Of a stretch of 64,000 bases of DNA, positions 13,976-26,500 are shown one piece after another. Numbering within the stretch: the first letter of the stretch is position 1; the number at the start of each line of letters is the position of its first letter. The stretch comes from Trichoplax sp. H2 (lineage: Eukaryota), in the NCBI GenBank assembly GCA_003344405.1, contig NOWV01000102.1, positions 62,001 to 126,000 on the forward strand. The letters run 5' to 3'. A program made the translations under genes and the position numbers. A model generated the notes under the pieces. The model had not been told where the DNA came from. It was given only the letters and a program-made list of their open reading frames with translations, and made no database searches.

Positions 13976-14624
13976 ATAATGCTTTACAAATATGACGTGC
14001 GATAACTTTTTTTAAATTATAATACAACCATCATAGTTACATGGGTTGTTTATGGCGACCATAGTACACAGCCAAGTAGTTGCTTACAATTACAACAGAT
14101 CTACATATAATTTATACTTAATTTGTACGCAGTCTGGATAATATTATGCTACTAGTTATGATTATTGTACTGATAACGACTCCTATGTACCTTTAAGCAG
14201 AATACTACAGTATTTTCTAGCTCTTAATATGTATTTAGGATCAATCTTCACACCGGCTAGAATATGTACTCTTGTAACTACTAGTACTTAGCGGTGAGAA
14301 TTTATACTATACTAGTGCAAACTCCCGTCGCTTTGCAGACGGTTTACGATAATGTGCTCATTTAACAGATAGTATTACCATTTGATAGACCTACCGTGAC
14401 GTGTTACGTCAGACATGCAGATTGTTAGTATTTAGTTAGATGCCTAATTTATAAGAGAGCTCAAAGGTCAATTCATGTTATGATCATGGTTACTTTCATA
14501 TTATATGCATGCTCCAGCGTATTTTAAAGCAGAACTCAAAGTTTTACTAATGTAGATCTAAGAATATATGACGGCTGATATTGTTTATCCGTATTAACTT
14601 CTTTGTGTACAGTATATATATATA

Positions 14625-14764
14625 GGTTACGGCCAAAACCCAACAATTTAAGGGAAATTACCGTATTTCGGACTTTGCCCGCAGTTTTGGTCTTAGTGAA
14701 AGCTGTTAATCTGTGTTTAACTGCCCTTGGAAGCAGTTTCTGTGTTACAAAAGTGGCTGTAACA
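14625..14764. mobile_element. Possible TA-flanked MITE
   Basis: TA|GGTTACGGCCA ... TGGCTGTAACA|TA imperfect terminal inverted repeats; the interior is locally more GC-rich. Confidence 0.35.
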
Positions 14765-15539
14765 TAAGTACAGTATAAATATAATGAAGCGTCTGCTACA
14801 TTTTATTCAGTTCACTTAGTTTAATTTTATGTTACCAACAGAATCGTAATAAATAATTGATGCCCAATAATTTACAAAGACATAACGTTCAATAAAATTA
14901 CATCCATAAAACAGGCGTGAATTTTACACTACAAGATAGATTATTTAATAAAATACGGTAAAATAAAACCGACATAAAGACCGTACAGCCAAGAATTATA
15001 TCACAGATGAATTGCTAAATTAGTAAACAACTATTATTTAAGTTGCGGGATACAATTCACAATGGAATTTTAACAATTCACGAGTGAATTAAGTAAGAGT
15101 CAAGCTGTGATAAAATAGTGCAAGGCCCAATTATATATTCGTAACGAGGATAAAATATGCAAGCAATTCAGTTGCAATATGGCTTAAGTATTTTACAATA
15201 CTATACAATGTTAGATATTTATATCTTTTGGCTATCTCTTTTAAGGTTATTCATCAAAGTCTACGTTTATCATTGTGCGTAATGGATAACGGTTTTAACT
15301 AAATCTACAACGAATTAGTTTACGAAATCGTGTACAGTACCGTAATATATCGAAGTTAACTTTGAGATTTTATTAGTTTAACATCTTCATTGTAAAAATA
15401 CTAATCTGTTTAGTAAATTTTAGCTTCAAAAGCCAATAGTACAATAAAAACTTTTTTTATAGCAAAGCCTACTTCTGAAATTGTTAATTGGCGAAATTCA
15501 CAGCTGATATTCGAAAACAATAAATCGTGTAGTTTTGTA

Positions 15540-18500
15540 CTAAAATTCGTTGTCGCCAATGCAAAGATACATGCCATATTCCGTACGGGTACAAACTCCG
15601 TCCAATGAAAATTTGTATTTGTGGAATGTGCCATTGATGCATATAACTAAAAAAATTTGATTCTATTTCAGTGGATAGTTTACTGAGTCCATACAAAAAA
15701 TTGAAATCGAGCATTTTATTACCTACTACAGTATGGTCACTGGTAAAGGCACATATACAAGCACATTCTAAAGGAATGGTAAAATTAGTAAAATCCCAAA
15801 CCGAATCTACGTATTGCCCATATAGTCCAATTTTAGATAATCTACCAAAATCAAGTAATAAATTGCGTTACGGTTATATAATCTTATGTTATATATAATA
15901 CGCATTTAGGCTATATATTTATATAAATTAGGGTACAATTGGGTATTCTTACGCAGATCTCCGATTTAAAGAAGTGAGATTAAGAGCAAAGATGTGGACT
16001 GTTCCTTTATCGCTAGATGCACACAGGTATTCCGAATTTAAACTAAAATTCATACTAAAGAATAAAACGAAATTTCTTAGTGATAACTTTAATTCTACAC
16101 AAGATCAATTCGTATAGCGTCTAAACTTTTTCATTCTCAACGATAGCACATAGAATGCCCGACAAGCTGTGGCACATAAATTTACCAATATAGTGTAGCA
16201 GGATCTAATCCACGCCTGAATTCAAATAACTTTTGCTGAGAGGAAGTATCAAATATTCGTATTAGGGTCCCCTGTTAGATTGAATTCATTTTGATTGTTA
16301 GGTTAAATTTGATTTGAGTTAATAATATTTCTATTAGTTGCTATATGTATGATGCATGATAGCTTAGCATGAATGGAATTCAACAAAAGTTAAAATATCA
16401 ATAGATACCTTCACTGACGCAGTCGCTACACGTGAACCCTGATGATTTAAAGCTATACAGGCCAAAGCATTTTCGTGAGCGTTAATGACCGGCTGATGAC
16501 TCTTGTCATCATCTCGATGTTGCATCAAATCCTATAATGGAATACAGGAAGATGGTAACTAATGCAATTTTTAAGAGACAATATACCATAGGCTACGTTA
16601 TTTTACTGTGAAGTTGGTGTACTATCGATTTTAGTCAGAACTTACAATTAGTTGCAATCTACCGGTTATCTTGCCAGGAAAAACCAATACTGCATGATTA
16701 GTACTAGAAGAGATTTCACAAAGACCTAAAATAATGATATTAAATTAAGAATTTATACATCGTATTCAATTACATATGCTCTAATATAGTGGCATTACAA
16801 TGACATCAAGATTAGTGTGAGAACATTATACCGTTTGGGTTTTCTGCTGTAGCAAACGAATAAAGTAATTTGCTGGTATTAGGAAATGAGAATACGTATA
16901 GCATCTTACTTAATACAACAATAATCCTAAAACATAAAAAAATTGGATAAGATGGCAAATTAGCGGCATTATACGCATTCTATGCTTAACGGTTAATGAG
17001 GTACCAATGAAAGGATCATCAATATCAATGGTTCATACCTATTTCGTCTCATTCGTACTGCTAAGACTGACGATTTAAAAGAGTACCGTAATACGAATTG
17101 CCTTTTAAGATCATCCCAAATTAAAACTATACCATAAAGAAGTATTAATAGCAATTAGCTCACATTATATATATATGTGTACTCGCATACATACAGTATA
17201 TTGCATTTATCAGACGTAATTAAAGTAAAGTATATTGTATATGCATTGTACGATGCCATTTATTTTATCGAAATTAGCCTAAATTCGAGTAGTAGATACC
17301 ATCATTAGGTGAGTATTGAGGAAATAAGCCACCACCGACAACGGCCAATAGATTGCACCTGTAAAGCAATTGAGTTTGGCTGACACTGCCAACTTGGTCA
17401 AATTCTAGAAGTTTAAGGACAAAGAATCAAAGTCACTCTATATCTGCCTAGAATAGATAGCAGTTAGATGATTTGTACTGAAGTAAATCGCTAAGTAACA
17501 TAACGAGGTTGATGTGCATCATAATATTACAGGATGTCTATAATCTTTATAAAATGACAAAAAACTTTACCGTAATGAAGTCATTACGTTCGCATAATCT
17601 TAACGATTGAGTACTATTAATTTAAATCGCTACGCAAGTGCATATTCTTTATAATTATAATTATTACCTATAGCGAAATACATGCATAGAATATGAGTAT
17701 TTATAATGTATCGTGGTTAAGTGTGTAAACAACAAATGAAGGATAGAAATTTCCCACATTCAGTACACAAACTTGCAAGGAATGCAAAGATGTATTTTAC
17801 AGCTATTAAGAAGTATAAGGGTATAAAAATGAGTTCTATTCTAATTATAATATGCTTATCTAGCATATACTATCTAAATTATAATATACCACCACGAAGC
17901 TATTGAATAGATTTATTACTCCTGAGAAATGAAAATAAGTTTAAATTTTCATTATTAACTCTAGTAGCATAATGAATACTGCATCATTGAACAAATTTAT
18001 TACCTAGTCTTGTCTTTTCAGTCAATGGTGAGATGTTATATACACGAAAACCAGTATCCAAAGAGCATGCAAAGCAGTCTAACAGAAGATCCAAAGTACA
18101 ATTTATGTCATTAGTACCCTTCATTATCAAAGACAATATTTGTTATGATGATTACAGGGATCATGTATAGAAGACATACACATATGTAAAAGCTATACTA
18201 TATTCATATTCAGAAATGATACTTCTATAAAAGTGGAATGCATTGATAGCCGGGATTAATATTGATGGATTAACTTTGGAACGTACGCGTATTACAATTT
18301 TCAGAGTCGTTGTAACATAATATTAAATATATCAATCATAATATTGTCAGCACTTTGGATTTTCCGCATGTGATAGACACAGTTATTCGATTCTGATGAA
18401 GATTAAGGATTAAGAATGATCTGTAATTGTGTCCAGATACGCTATAAAAGACTACCATGTCATCCATCATTACATGAATCAGTCATAACACGTAGTAGTT

Positions 18501-19804
18501 GAGGTAGTTTTCTTTCTATGAATGACTTAGTATGCATCAATATTGGAAGAAATGATACGCTAGTAGATAGTCTACAAGTTAGTGATAGCGGTTGTACATG
18601 TAGGTGTATAATAATTGATAACAACAGAACAGCTAATAAGTAACAAGAAGGTGCTGTGTAGTCGTTTTGGCTAGCCTTAAGATATATATTAAAAGAAACT
18701 GCTACTTAGCTGGATTGTGTAACCATTGATAAACTACTACGGTACTGTCGGCTAGTATATTAGAATACGTTTCGATAAGCATTAATGAATTGGATCGATA
18801 TTTTCTAGCGTCCAGTTGAAATTCATGTTCAATACTGTAGGCGTCTATCGACCATTGGTCATTCCAATTCGATCCATAACTGTATACTAAGACTGAGAGT
18901 GCTATGAACTACAGGCAACAATCGATGGATCGATATTTTCTTGCAGTTGATGATTTATGTTTAATTTAATCCACACAGTCTGTCGACCATTAGTCATTCC
19001 AATTCGATTCGGTACATTGAAGGTACTAGGGAATACCGATCATTGGATGTATATTTTCTAGCAGTTGATGATGATTAATGTTCAATATTGTAGGCGTATA
19101 TCGACCATCGGTTGTTCCAATTCGATCCAAAACTCTACTAACGTTGACCTTGCTAGAGACTACAGGAAATTGAATCGCTATTGGCTTGCAGTTGATGACT
19201 GATTGATGTTCAATAATGTAGGCGTTGATCGACCATTGATCATTGCAATTGGATGTACAACTGTACTAATATTGGCTGTGCTAGGATGAGGAAATTATTA
19301 CTGTATCCTATTTAGCGTCTAATCGATTGGATAGAAGCGCAATATAATGCAATGGATCAAGTTGAGTAGTATAGTCGTATCTGGATTTGATGTATTGGAA
19401 GAAGAGTTATGTTGCACCCCTCCATTTCAATTGTCATGAATAGAGGCATGCAATGATCCCTATCAAAGACGATGATATCACTATCCAATTGCCATAGCGA
19501 CTAACATCGTTACAACTCCATAGGATGGTATTGGTGATGGACTAAAATTCTTCTATCCATAGTAGAATACAAATGTCTTTACTGCCAACTACTCAAGTCC
19601 CTCTCCCTTTCAATCCATGCCATGAGAAACGAACAAGTACTTTTGATCGTCTTTTACGGGGATTGCATTACATCGATCTTCTACTGTAATCGCATCAATG
19701 ATCCTTATAATTGATTTCTGTCGTGATGAACAGTTGCATTCATTACCATGTTGTTGGTTAAAAGAGAGATGAGCAACTTTATCGCGAATTCCTTCGGACG
19801 CCAT
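15540..19804 (-). CDS. WDR45: WD repeat phosphoinositide-interacting protein 4 (WIPI4/WDR45, PROPPIN autophagy factor), 11 exons, ~345 aa
   Basis: Exons 19804-19747, 18078-18004, 17404-17300, 17126-17039, 16926-16832, 16725-16646, 16531-16409, 16271-16186, 16054-15953, 15841-15723, 15646-15540. Translation includes [90 protein letters not shown] and GTFHKY, which resemble WIPI4 more than WIPI1/2/3. Confidence 0.93.
18790..19260. repeat. Degenerate ~120-135 bp tandem repeat, 4 copies, in WDR45 intron 1
   Basis: Recurring TGGAT..ATATTTTCT.GCAGTTGA...ATGTTCAATA.TGTAGGCGT..ATCGACCAT.G.TCATTCCAATTCGAT at ~18791, 18926, 19044, 19181. Confidence 0.85.
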
Positions 19805-20593
19805 GATCGTGATCACGTCGGACTTGTTGGCTTGACGTGCAAAATGGGTTCGTACTTCAAAATGGCGACAATGGCAGTGGTGTGTACAGTCAACAATAAC
19901 ATCACGTCACTCTTGTCGGGGCCGGTACGGTCCAACTTGCAGTCCATTGACGTCATCAGTAGTGTACAGTACGTATTTGAAAACCTACTGTATCATTTGT
20001 ACAGTACAGTACAGTACACTGTACTGGACTGGGCCGGGCCACCGACGGACAGATGGAAGCGACTGCATTGCACGCACTCTACTGTATCATGTCATATCCA
20101 GTACACTGTACTGTACATATTGGACTACACTGAACTATCTGCTAGTCTACGAATCATACTATACAGTACAGTACTGTACACTATACACTGTACTAGACTG
20201 GGCTGGACCACCGACGGACAGATGGACCCGACTGTCTTGCACACACTCTACTGTATCATGTCATACAGTATCCAGTATTCCAGTACACTGTACTGTACAT
20301 ACTGGACTAAACTGAACTGTCTACAGTACTAGTCTACGAATCATACAGTACTGTACTGTACTGTACTATACTGTACACTGTAATGGACTGGGCTGGACCA
20401 CCGACAGACAGATGGATCCTACTGCCTTGCACGCACTCTACTGTATCATGTCATATCCAGTACACTGTACTGTACATACTGGACTACAGTACACTGAACT
20501 GTCTGCCACTGTAACCGCGGCTGTATCGTCCACCACGCTTCACGTCAAAAGCAAACCGTGTGCTCAGTTTTCCATTATTCTTAGTCAAGGAAG
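19805..20593. promoter_or_regulatory. Bidirectional promoter region WDR45/CPSF6
   Basis: The two ATGs are ~790 bp apart, head-to-head, in a locally CpG-rich stretch. Full CRE palindrome TGACGTCA at 19948-19955; TGACGTG/CACGTCA sites at ~19833, ~19903, ~20541; YY1-like AAAATGGCG at 19859-19867 and AAGATGGCGG over the CPSF6 start. Confidence 0.65.
20010..20510. repeat. ~170-190 bp tandem repeat, 3 copies, rich in TACAG/CTGTA
   Basis: The unit core GACTGGGC.GG.CCACCGAC.GACAGATGGA....ACTG..TTGCAC.CACTCTACTGTATCATGTCATA recurs at ~20026, ~20196, ~20386. Confidence 0.9.
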
Positions 20594-23500
20594 ATGGCGG
20601 ACGGTGTCGATATTGACCTCTATCCAGAGGAGTTAGATCATGATTTAGAAGGGGTAAGTTAGCTTACTTCTAGTTCAATTTGCTTATTATAACAGCTAGT
20701 ATGTGTTAGAATAGTTATTGTACCGCTATCAATCAGTGTATACCATCAAATGTAGGATTTTATTCTCAGAGAACAAGAGGAAAAAAATAAAGTACAAGCT
20801 GGTTTTTCCTTACAGTTCGCTTTAAAACCTTTTCCCGCTCGAACTCATGCATTGACTTTCATTGAATATTCTCCAGCTTTCTTCATTGCTTTGACCGTCT
20901 TTGCTTGTACAGATAAAGTAAAGTTAGAATTAGAACAGTATTGGATGTAGATAGTGTGGCGATAAAAAAACAGTAACCGTTCAACAGCTCTTTTTGGTGC
21001 ATTGATTTTCCAGCGGATGACTTCAGCAACTCGTACAGTAGAATACTCATACAGGAACAGTAGGTAGAATACGGTGTAGGCTACTTTACCCAAAGCAATA
21101 GCTGTCTCTACTATTTATTTAGCGTTTAACTAGGCTTTGAAAAATAGCAAGAGAAAGAAAAAGCAGATTATGTGTAGTGATAATTTGCTCTTGTAATGTA
21201 GCAAGTCTTTAATTGTCTAATTAAAAAGAAATTCAACGATACGGTAGAGGACGTTCTGCCTTTCCTTTATTTCTCGCTCTGTCTACCCTTTCTTACCTTA
21301 ATATCATACACCCTAGCATGACAACCATGCCAAATGATTCTACCTATGCAATCCTTCCAATTGCAAAATTGATTAGCATTCCTTGGATACCTTAATAGTG
21401 CACAAGATGCTACCAACGATAAACAATACGTAGATGCAATGCTAATAGAGTCTTTCATGTCGGTAGGAATATGATGCTGAAGAAGATGAAGATATACAAG
21501 ATGAGAACAACAATGGTGAAGATTTATATGACGACGTAATCGATGTATCCAAATTAACCGAGGATGGTAAAAATACTACCGATGTTAGCCAACTCAATGA
21601 TGATGATGATGCCCAAGCAGATAGAAATGAAGAAGAGGTTTGCTATCATCCTGTGTAAAACCGTTGGGCTTACAGCGATTGATTTACCTTGCTGCTAATT
21701 GTTACTGTATAATATTGTATATATATATATTATTCGAAATCGTCATCATGCTGCTATCATAAACGATTTCAACTCTCATGTTACGCATTTACTTTGCTAT
21801 CTTCATAAAGAGAAAAGTATTTTTCACTACCGTACTTGCTATATACTGGATAACTTGAGAGTTTTCTTGTGCATACCTTCTTTTTGCCATTAGTCGTGTA
21901 AATTCGATTGCTTCTTCATAGATATTGATAATGAATGAATTATAAATTATTGAAGTAAATCTGCACCAAAAAGTACTACGATGTTAACGATAATGCCTAC
22001 CATTGGATCTTGAACATACGACCAGTAAAAATACGTCTTTTGCTAAAAATAAGCAAAATGTGATGTTATATATACTGTACAGTTGAATAACCTTTCCTTT
22101 ATTTTTGATCTGATTTTTCGAAAATCTATCAACTGCAGTCTTTTATCGACTCTACTTGAACAACGACTCATATAAAGTGATTTCGTGCCTATTTAGTTGT
22201 ACTCAAACTCTTGCCTACTGTCATACTTTCTATGTTTCACATATATACTAGCATAATAATGATACCCTTTCATCTTAACTGCCGTAACCGTTTATAAAAT
22301 CAATTTATTTGTACTCTACACTGTGAGTCATGCGATAACATGATAGAGCAAATACGTGTTGAGATAGGCAGATATCTTGAATATCTAATTGCTCCTATTT
22401 GATCCTACATAACTTTGTTAAAACGAAGGAACATAATTAACAACAAAAACAAGGCTGATTAATATATTGATATTTCGAATTATAACTCATCATCAAAATA
22501 GTATTATTATTATTTTATTATGGCATTTTTTTAATGGTTGGATTTTTTGTTATGTAACGGGTTAAATGTTCGTTTCAAAATCTTGTTTTTTAATTTTTTA
22601 AATAATATTTTTATTACTATGGATGTTTTATATAATGATTTAAAACAAAATGCATCCCCTCAATTGATAAAACTGCTACATCTTGTGAACGACCGAAAAA
22701 GTAGACCAGTAAATTAATATCTTATCATGGCATGGTATCAATCTTGATGTCGTGCAAGAGGAGCGATTCACCAATTGGTAACATTACAGATCGAATTATC
22801 AGAAAATTGGGACATCATCGCCATAGCAATGAAAAATTTTGGCTATGGATTCTTCAATGAAAGTCACGTTGTATATAATTGTGCAGATTAATTATAATGA
22901 CTATCATAATTATCTGTGATATCTTTCTATCCTTTGGTTGTAGTAGTTGCAGTACCATACCTCATTGTAATCTTGCAAATATTTGTCTCGTACTTTTCAT
23001 CTGCTTTTCAGTTTTTATTCGTTAAAGTAATTCGTACTGTGCCGTATCTATGCATATACTGTATACTGTACGATGGTTGATATGCTGCTTTTGAAATCGG
23101 TATTTACGACTTTACGTTTAGAATCAAGCATATTGCAATCCGAATGTCAGTTACTACAGTATAGCCTTGCGCTAATTTAGTGAGACAGTGAATTGATCGT
23201 ATACTGTACTGTACAGTGAACATATAATTCTGATAATTACACTACTGTCCGTAGGGGTAGGTAGATGACGTAGATGATGGCTAGCAACAGGATAGAGCGC
23301 ACAAAGTACTCAGTTACGTAGTAGGGTTATACGTTACCAATGTTGCTTTAACTCAGTATACTACTGAAATCCAATTTTGAAGGCGAGCAGAAAAATTTTG
23401 CATGGACATACAAAAGAAAGAGTAATTTACTAAATAACTACCGTAGTGGATCAATTTTTAATTGAAATATGACGATGATTATTACTAGCATATTCATATT

Positions 23501-26500
23501 GCCCAATGGTATAAAGCGAATGATCGAAGCTAACATGCTGTATAGTATATTGCATTTACCGAGAAGACGTGCGATTTATTAAAAGTAAATTAGACAAGAC
23601 TATATTACTATTTTCTTGTGGATGATTCAATGGAGGTTGCTTCGATTTCAGTGGACTTTTGGCCGAACCTTAAAAAGTTTAAGTTTGAGTGGATGGTTGT
23701 AAGTGATATGTAGCCGGTTTTTGACCAATAGGTATTTTTGCACGGATATCTTGTAATTTTTTCTATTTATTTATGCTCTGCTGAACACAAAGTTCAGTAC
23801 TGCTGTGAGATTTGATAAAAAACGTATCCTATTTTGCTATAAACGATATTAATTATTAAATGATATACAGTCTGATCGATATACCCTGATCATTTCATCG
23901 CGATGAATGTACGTGTATAGATGCGAGATCAGTACTAGGTGCTACAACCAAATACGCTTTAAAGATTACCTAATTAGTAGCTAGTGATAAAAGATTCATA
24001 CGACAGGATCTACGTCGAGATGGGCACTATACATACAGTACTACTATCATGTTGCAGAGCCAACGCATGCCTAGCTCAACTGCAGAAGTCAGTATGAGAA
24101 CACCTTCTAACATCAAATAGTGATTAGTAATGATTTTAAGCCAAGATAGTAATAATTCTAAAACATTCAAACATTGTTAGTTGCTATACCGTCACAAATA
24201 AAATAATATCAGTAAATCTGCTACTCAATTTATGTATAACATCAATAAACGGCATGCTCGTTGTTTCAAGTCTTTGATCTATATTGCAATAAAATATACT
24301 GTATGCAGTGTTATTAAATGTGATAATAATCGGATATGACTTGTATTTATGCTATTAGAAATTAAAAATTAGCTAGAATATTCTAGGACTAAGATTGTAA
24401 GAGCATTACGATTTGCTGATTTTTATAAAATACAGTTACAAGGTGCTACACTATTTGGCAAGTATTGGTATTACTTTATATCATTATTCAGCCTTGTAAA
24501 TAGTAAAATCTCTAATAGTAAATCACTTGCAAATTAACTTTTAATAGCCCTTTCGCTAATCCTACTTATGTCTTGGTTGTTGTAACCGGTAGTTAATTTG
24601 ATTTTCACGTATGTAAATCATTTATCGTACAGCATGTACAGTATTTAATATTCTTTTGTCAGCTTAAAAATAATACGTGACTTGCATTCATTGTATATCT
24701 ATTGATGGAACTGACAGTAAACTATTTTTAGGTTCTTGGCTGTTTACAGATGTTGAATCATTTCAAGGCTGGTTAACTACAAGTACATTGCGCTACACTT
24801 TAAATTTATTTATTACCCTTTTATGAATGATTAGAAGCGAGGTATTTTTGTATATTCATATGAAATATTATGGTATAAAGTATCAAAGCTGTATCGGCCC
24901 TGATCGTATCAGCTTGATTATGCCAGATGCTCCGTTGAAGCCTATCGGAAAATAAAAGCTTGACGCAGACAGTTAAAATTTTCGTACCTATATCTTCAGA
25001 TGAACGAAGATGAAAAAGTACTCGTATTAGTAAAATATCTATCTATAAATGGCCATTAGAACGTACTTGCTAATTAAATGAGGATTGCCCTTTAAAATCC
25101 ACCGTTATCTATTTCAGACCGATACAAATACACGTACTAGTGTACAAGAATGTGCACGTTTATGTTACTGACGACTTTGCCTTCTGTAATCGGTGATTGA
25201 TTAACTACAGAGAGACAGCAATGCATTTTGTTGCTGAAGTATTGCCACTTGACCGAGTCCGTAAAGTATAATAGTACATGATTAGTTACAACGCACATTA
25301 TCAGCCTATTCTCGAGTTTAGATAAGTATAAAACTGCCCTGTGTTCAGTATCATTCATGCATACAACAGTAGTATTTAAATGAACGAATTATTTTGTTAT
25401 AGCAATTTTGAATGTGCTATATCGTGCAGACACTGAATGATTGATAAAATGTGAATGAGTCAAGCAGGATGCTGTAGCAAATGATATATCAATTGAGGGG
25501 TTGCATATATAATTTTAAAATTGAACACCTGTAATACACAAATTTGATTTACATGTTTTTGAGATTGTGAACTTTATTCTCTTTTATGGCTTTGTAACTG
25601 TTCTACTGTATGTTAATAATTTGAGTTATATGCAATAAAATTTAATCTTATTTATTCTAATTACTAGGAGAATCCAGAAAGTCCTGTAAAAATTACGCAA
25701 GGTATCGTTCACTTTCAGTCATAGCTATCATCAGCTTCTATTTACACCATCGAAATTAAAGTTCGAATTGCCCAGTAGTAACTTGATTAAATTAATTAAC
25801 TAGAAGTAGATATTCACATTGAAACCCCATCCTCCGTTGTCACCCCATCTGGTAAAAAAGTTGCTTTATATTGTGGTAACTTAACTTGGGTAAGATTCAT
25901 GTTAGTAGGATGTACGCGTATTTTTGAATGTAACGTAAACTTTAATATTACCACAAGATTATCTAAAGATATACACAGCCTAAACATAACTCGATAGCAG
26001 TCTAAATTTTCTTTTCATTATGTAGTGGACGTCTGATGCGGACCTAGAGGAAGCTATTCACGGTTTTGGTGTTGCAGATATGATGAGTATAAAATTTAGT
26101 GAAAATCGTGCAAATGGCCAATCGAAAGGGTAATTTTAAGGCATGAGGGCTATATTAACTTTATATTGTAACTATCAATGATATATTCTATTCTATTTAT
26201 GCAGTTACTGCATTGTAGAAGTAGGATCAGGTGCATCTGCGCAAAAGATAATGGAAAATTTAACGAAGATGTAAGTTGTTATTTTAGAGGAAATTTTGAT
26301 ATAGAAGTTCTGATTTTGAATTTTTAATATTTTTAAAGGGAAATTCATGGCAATCGGCCGGTAGTGAATTATCATAAGGGTGGTGGCACGCAGCAATATG
26401 AAACTACTAATAGAAAAAGTAACAGTAAGCAAGAATATTTACATATTCTTTATCGAAATATATCAGCACAATTTCGCAATCTTTTGACGATTAAATTACT

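Noticed and set aside
19748..20636. ORFs of 194, 122 and 74 aa rich in T/V/L/Y/C
   Set aside because: They are translations of the TACAG/CTGTA tandem repeat in the promoter and partly overlap WDR45 exon 1 antisense.
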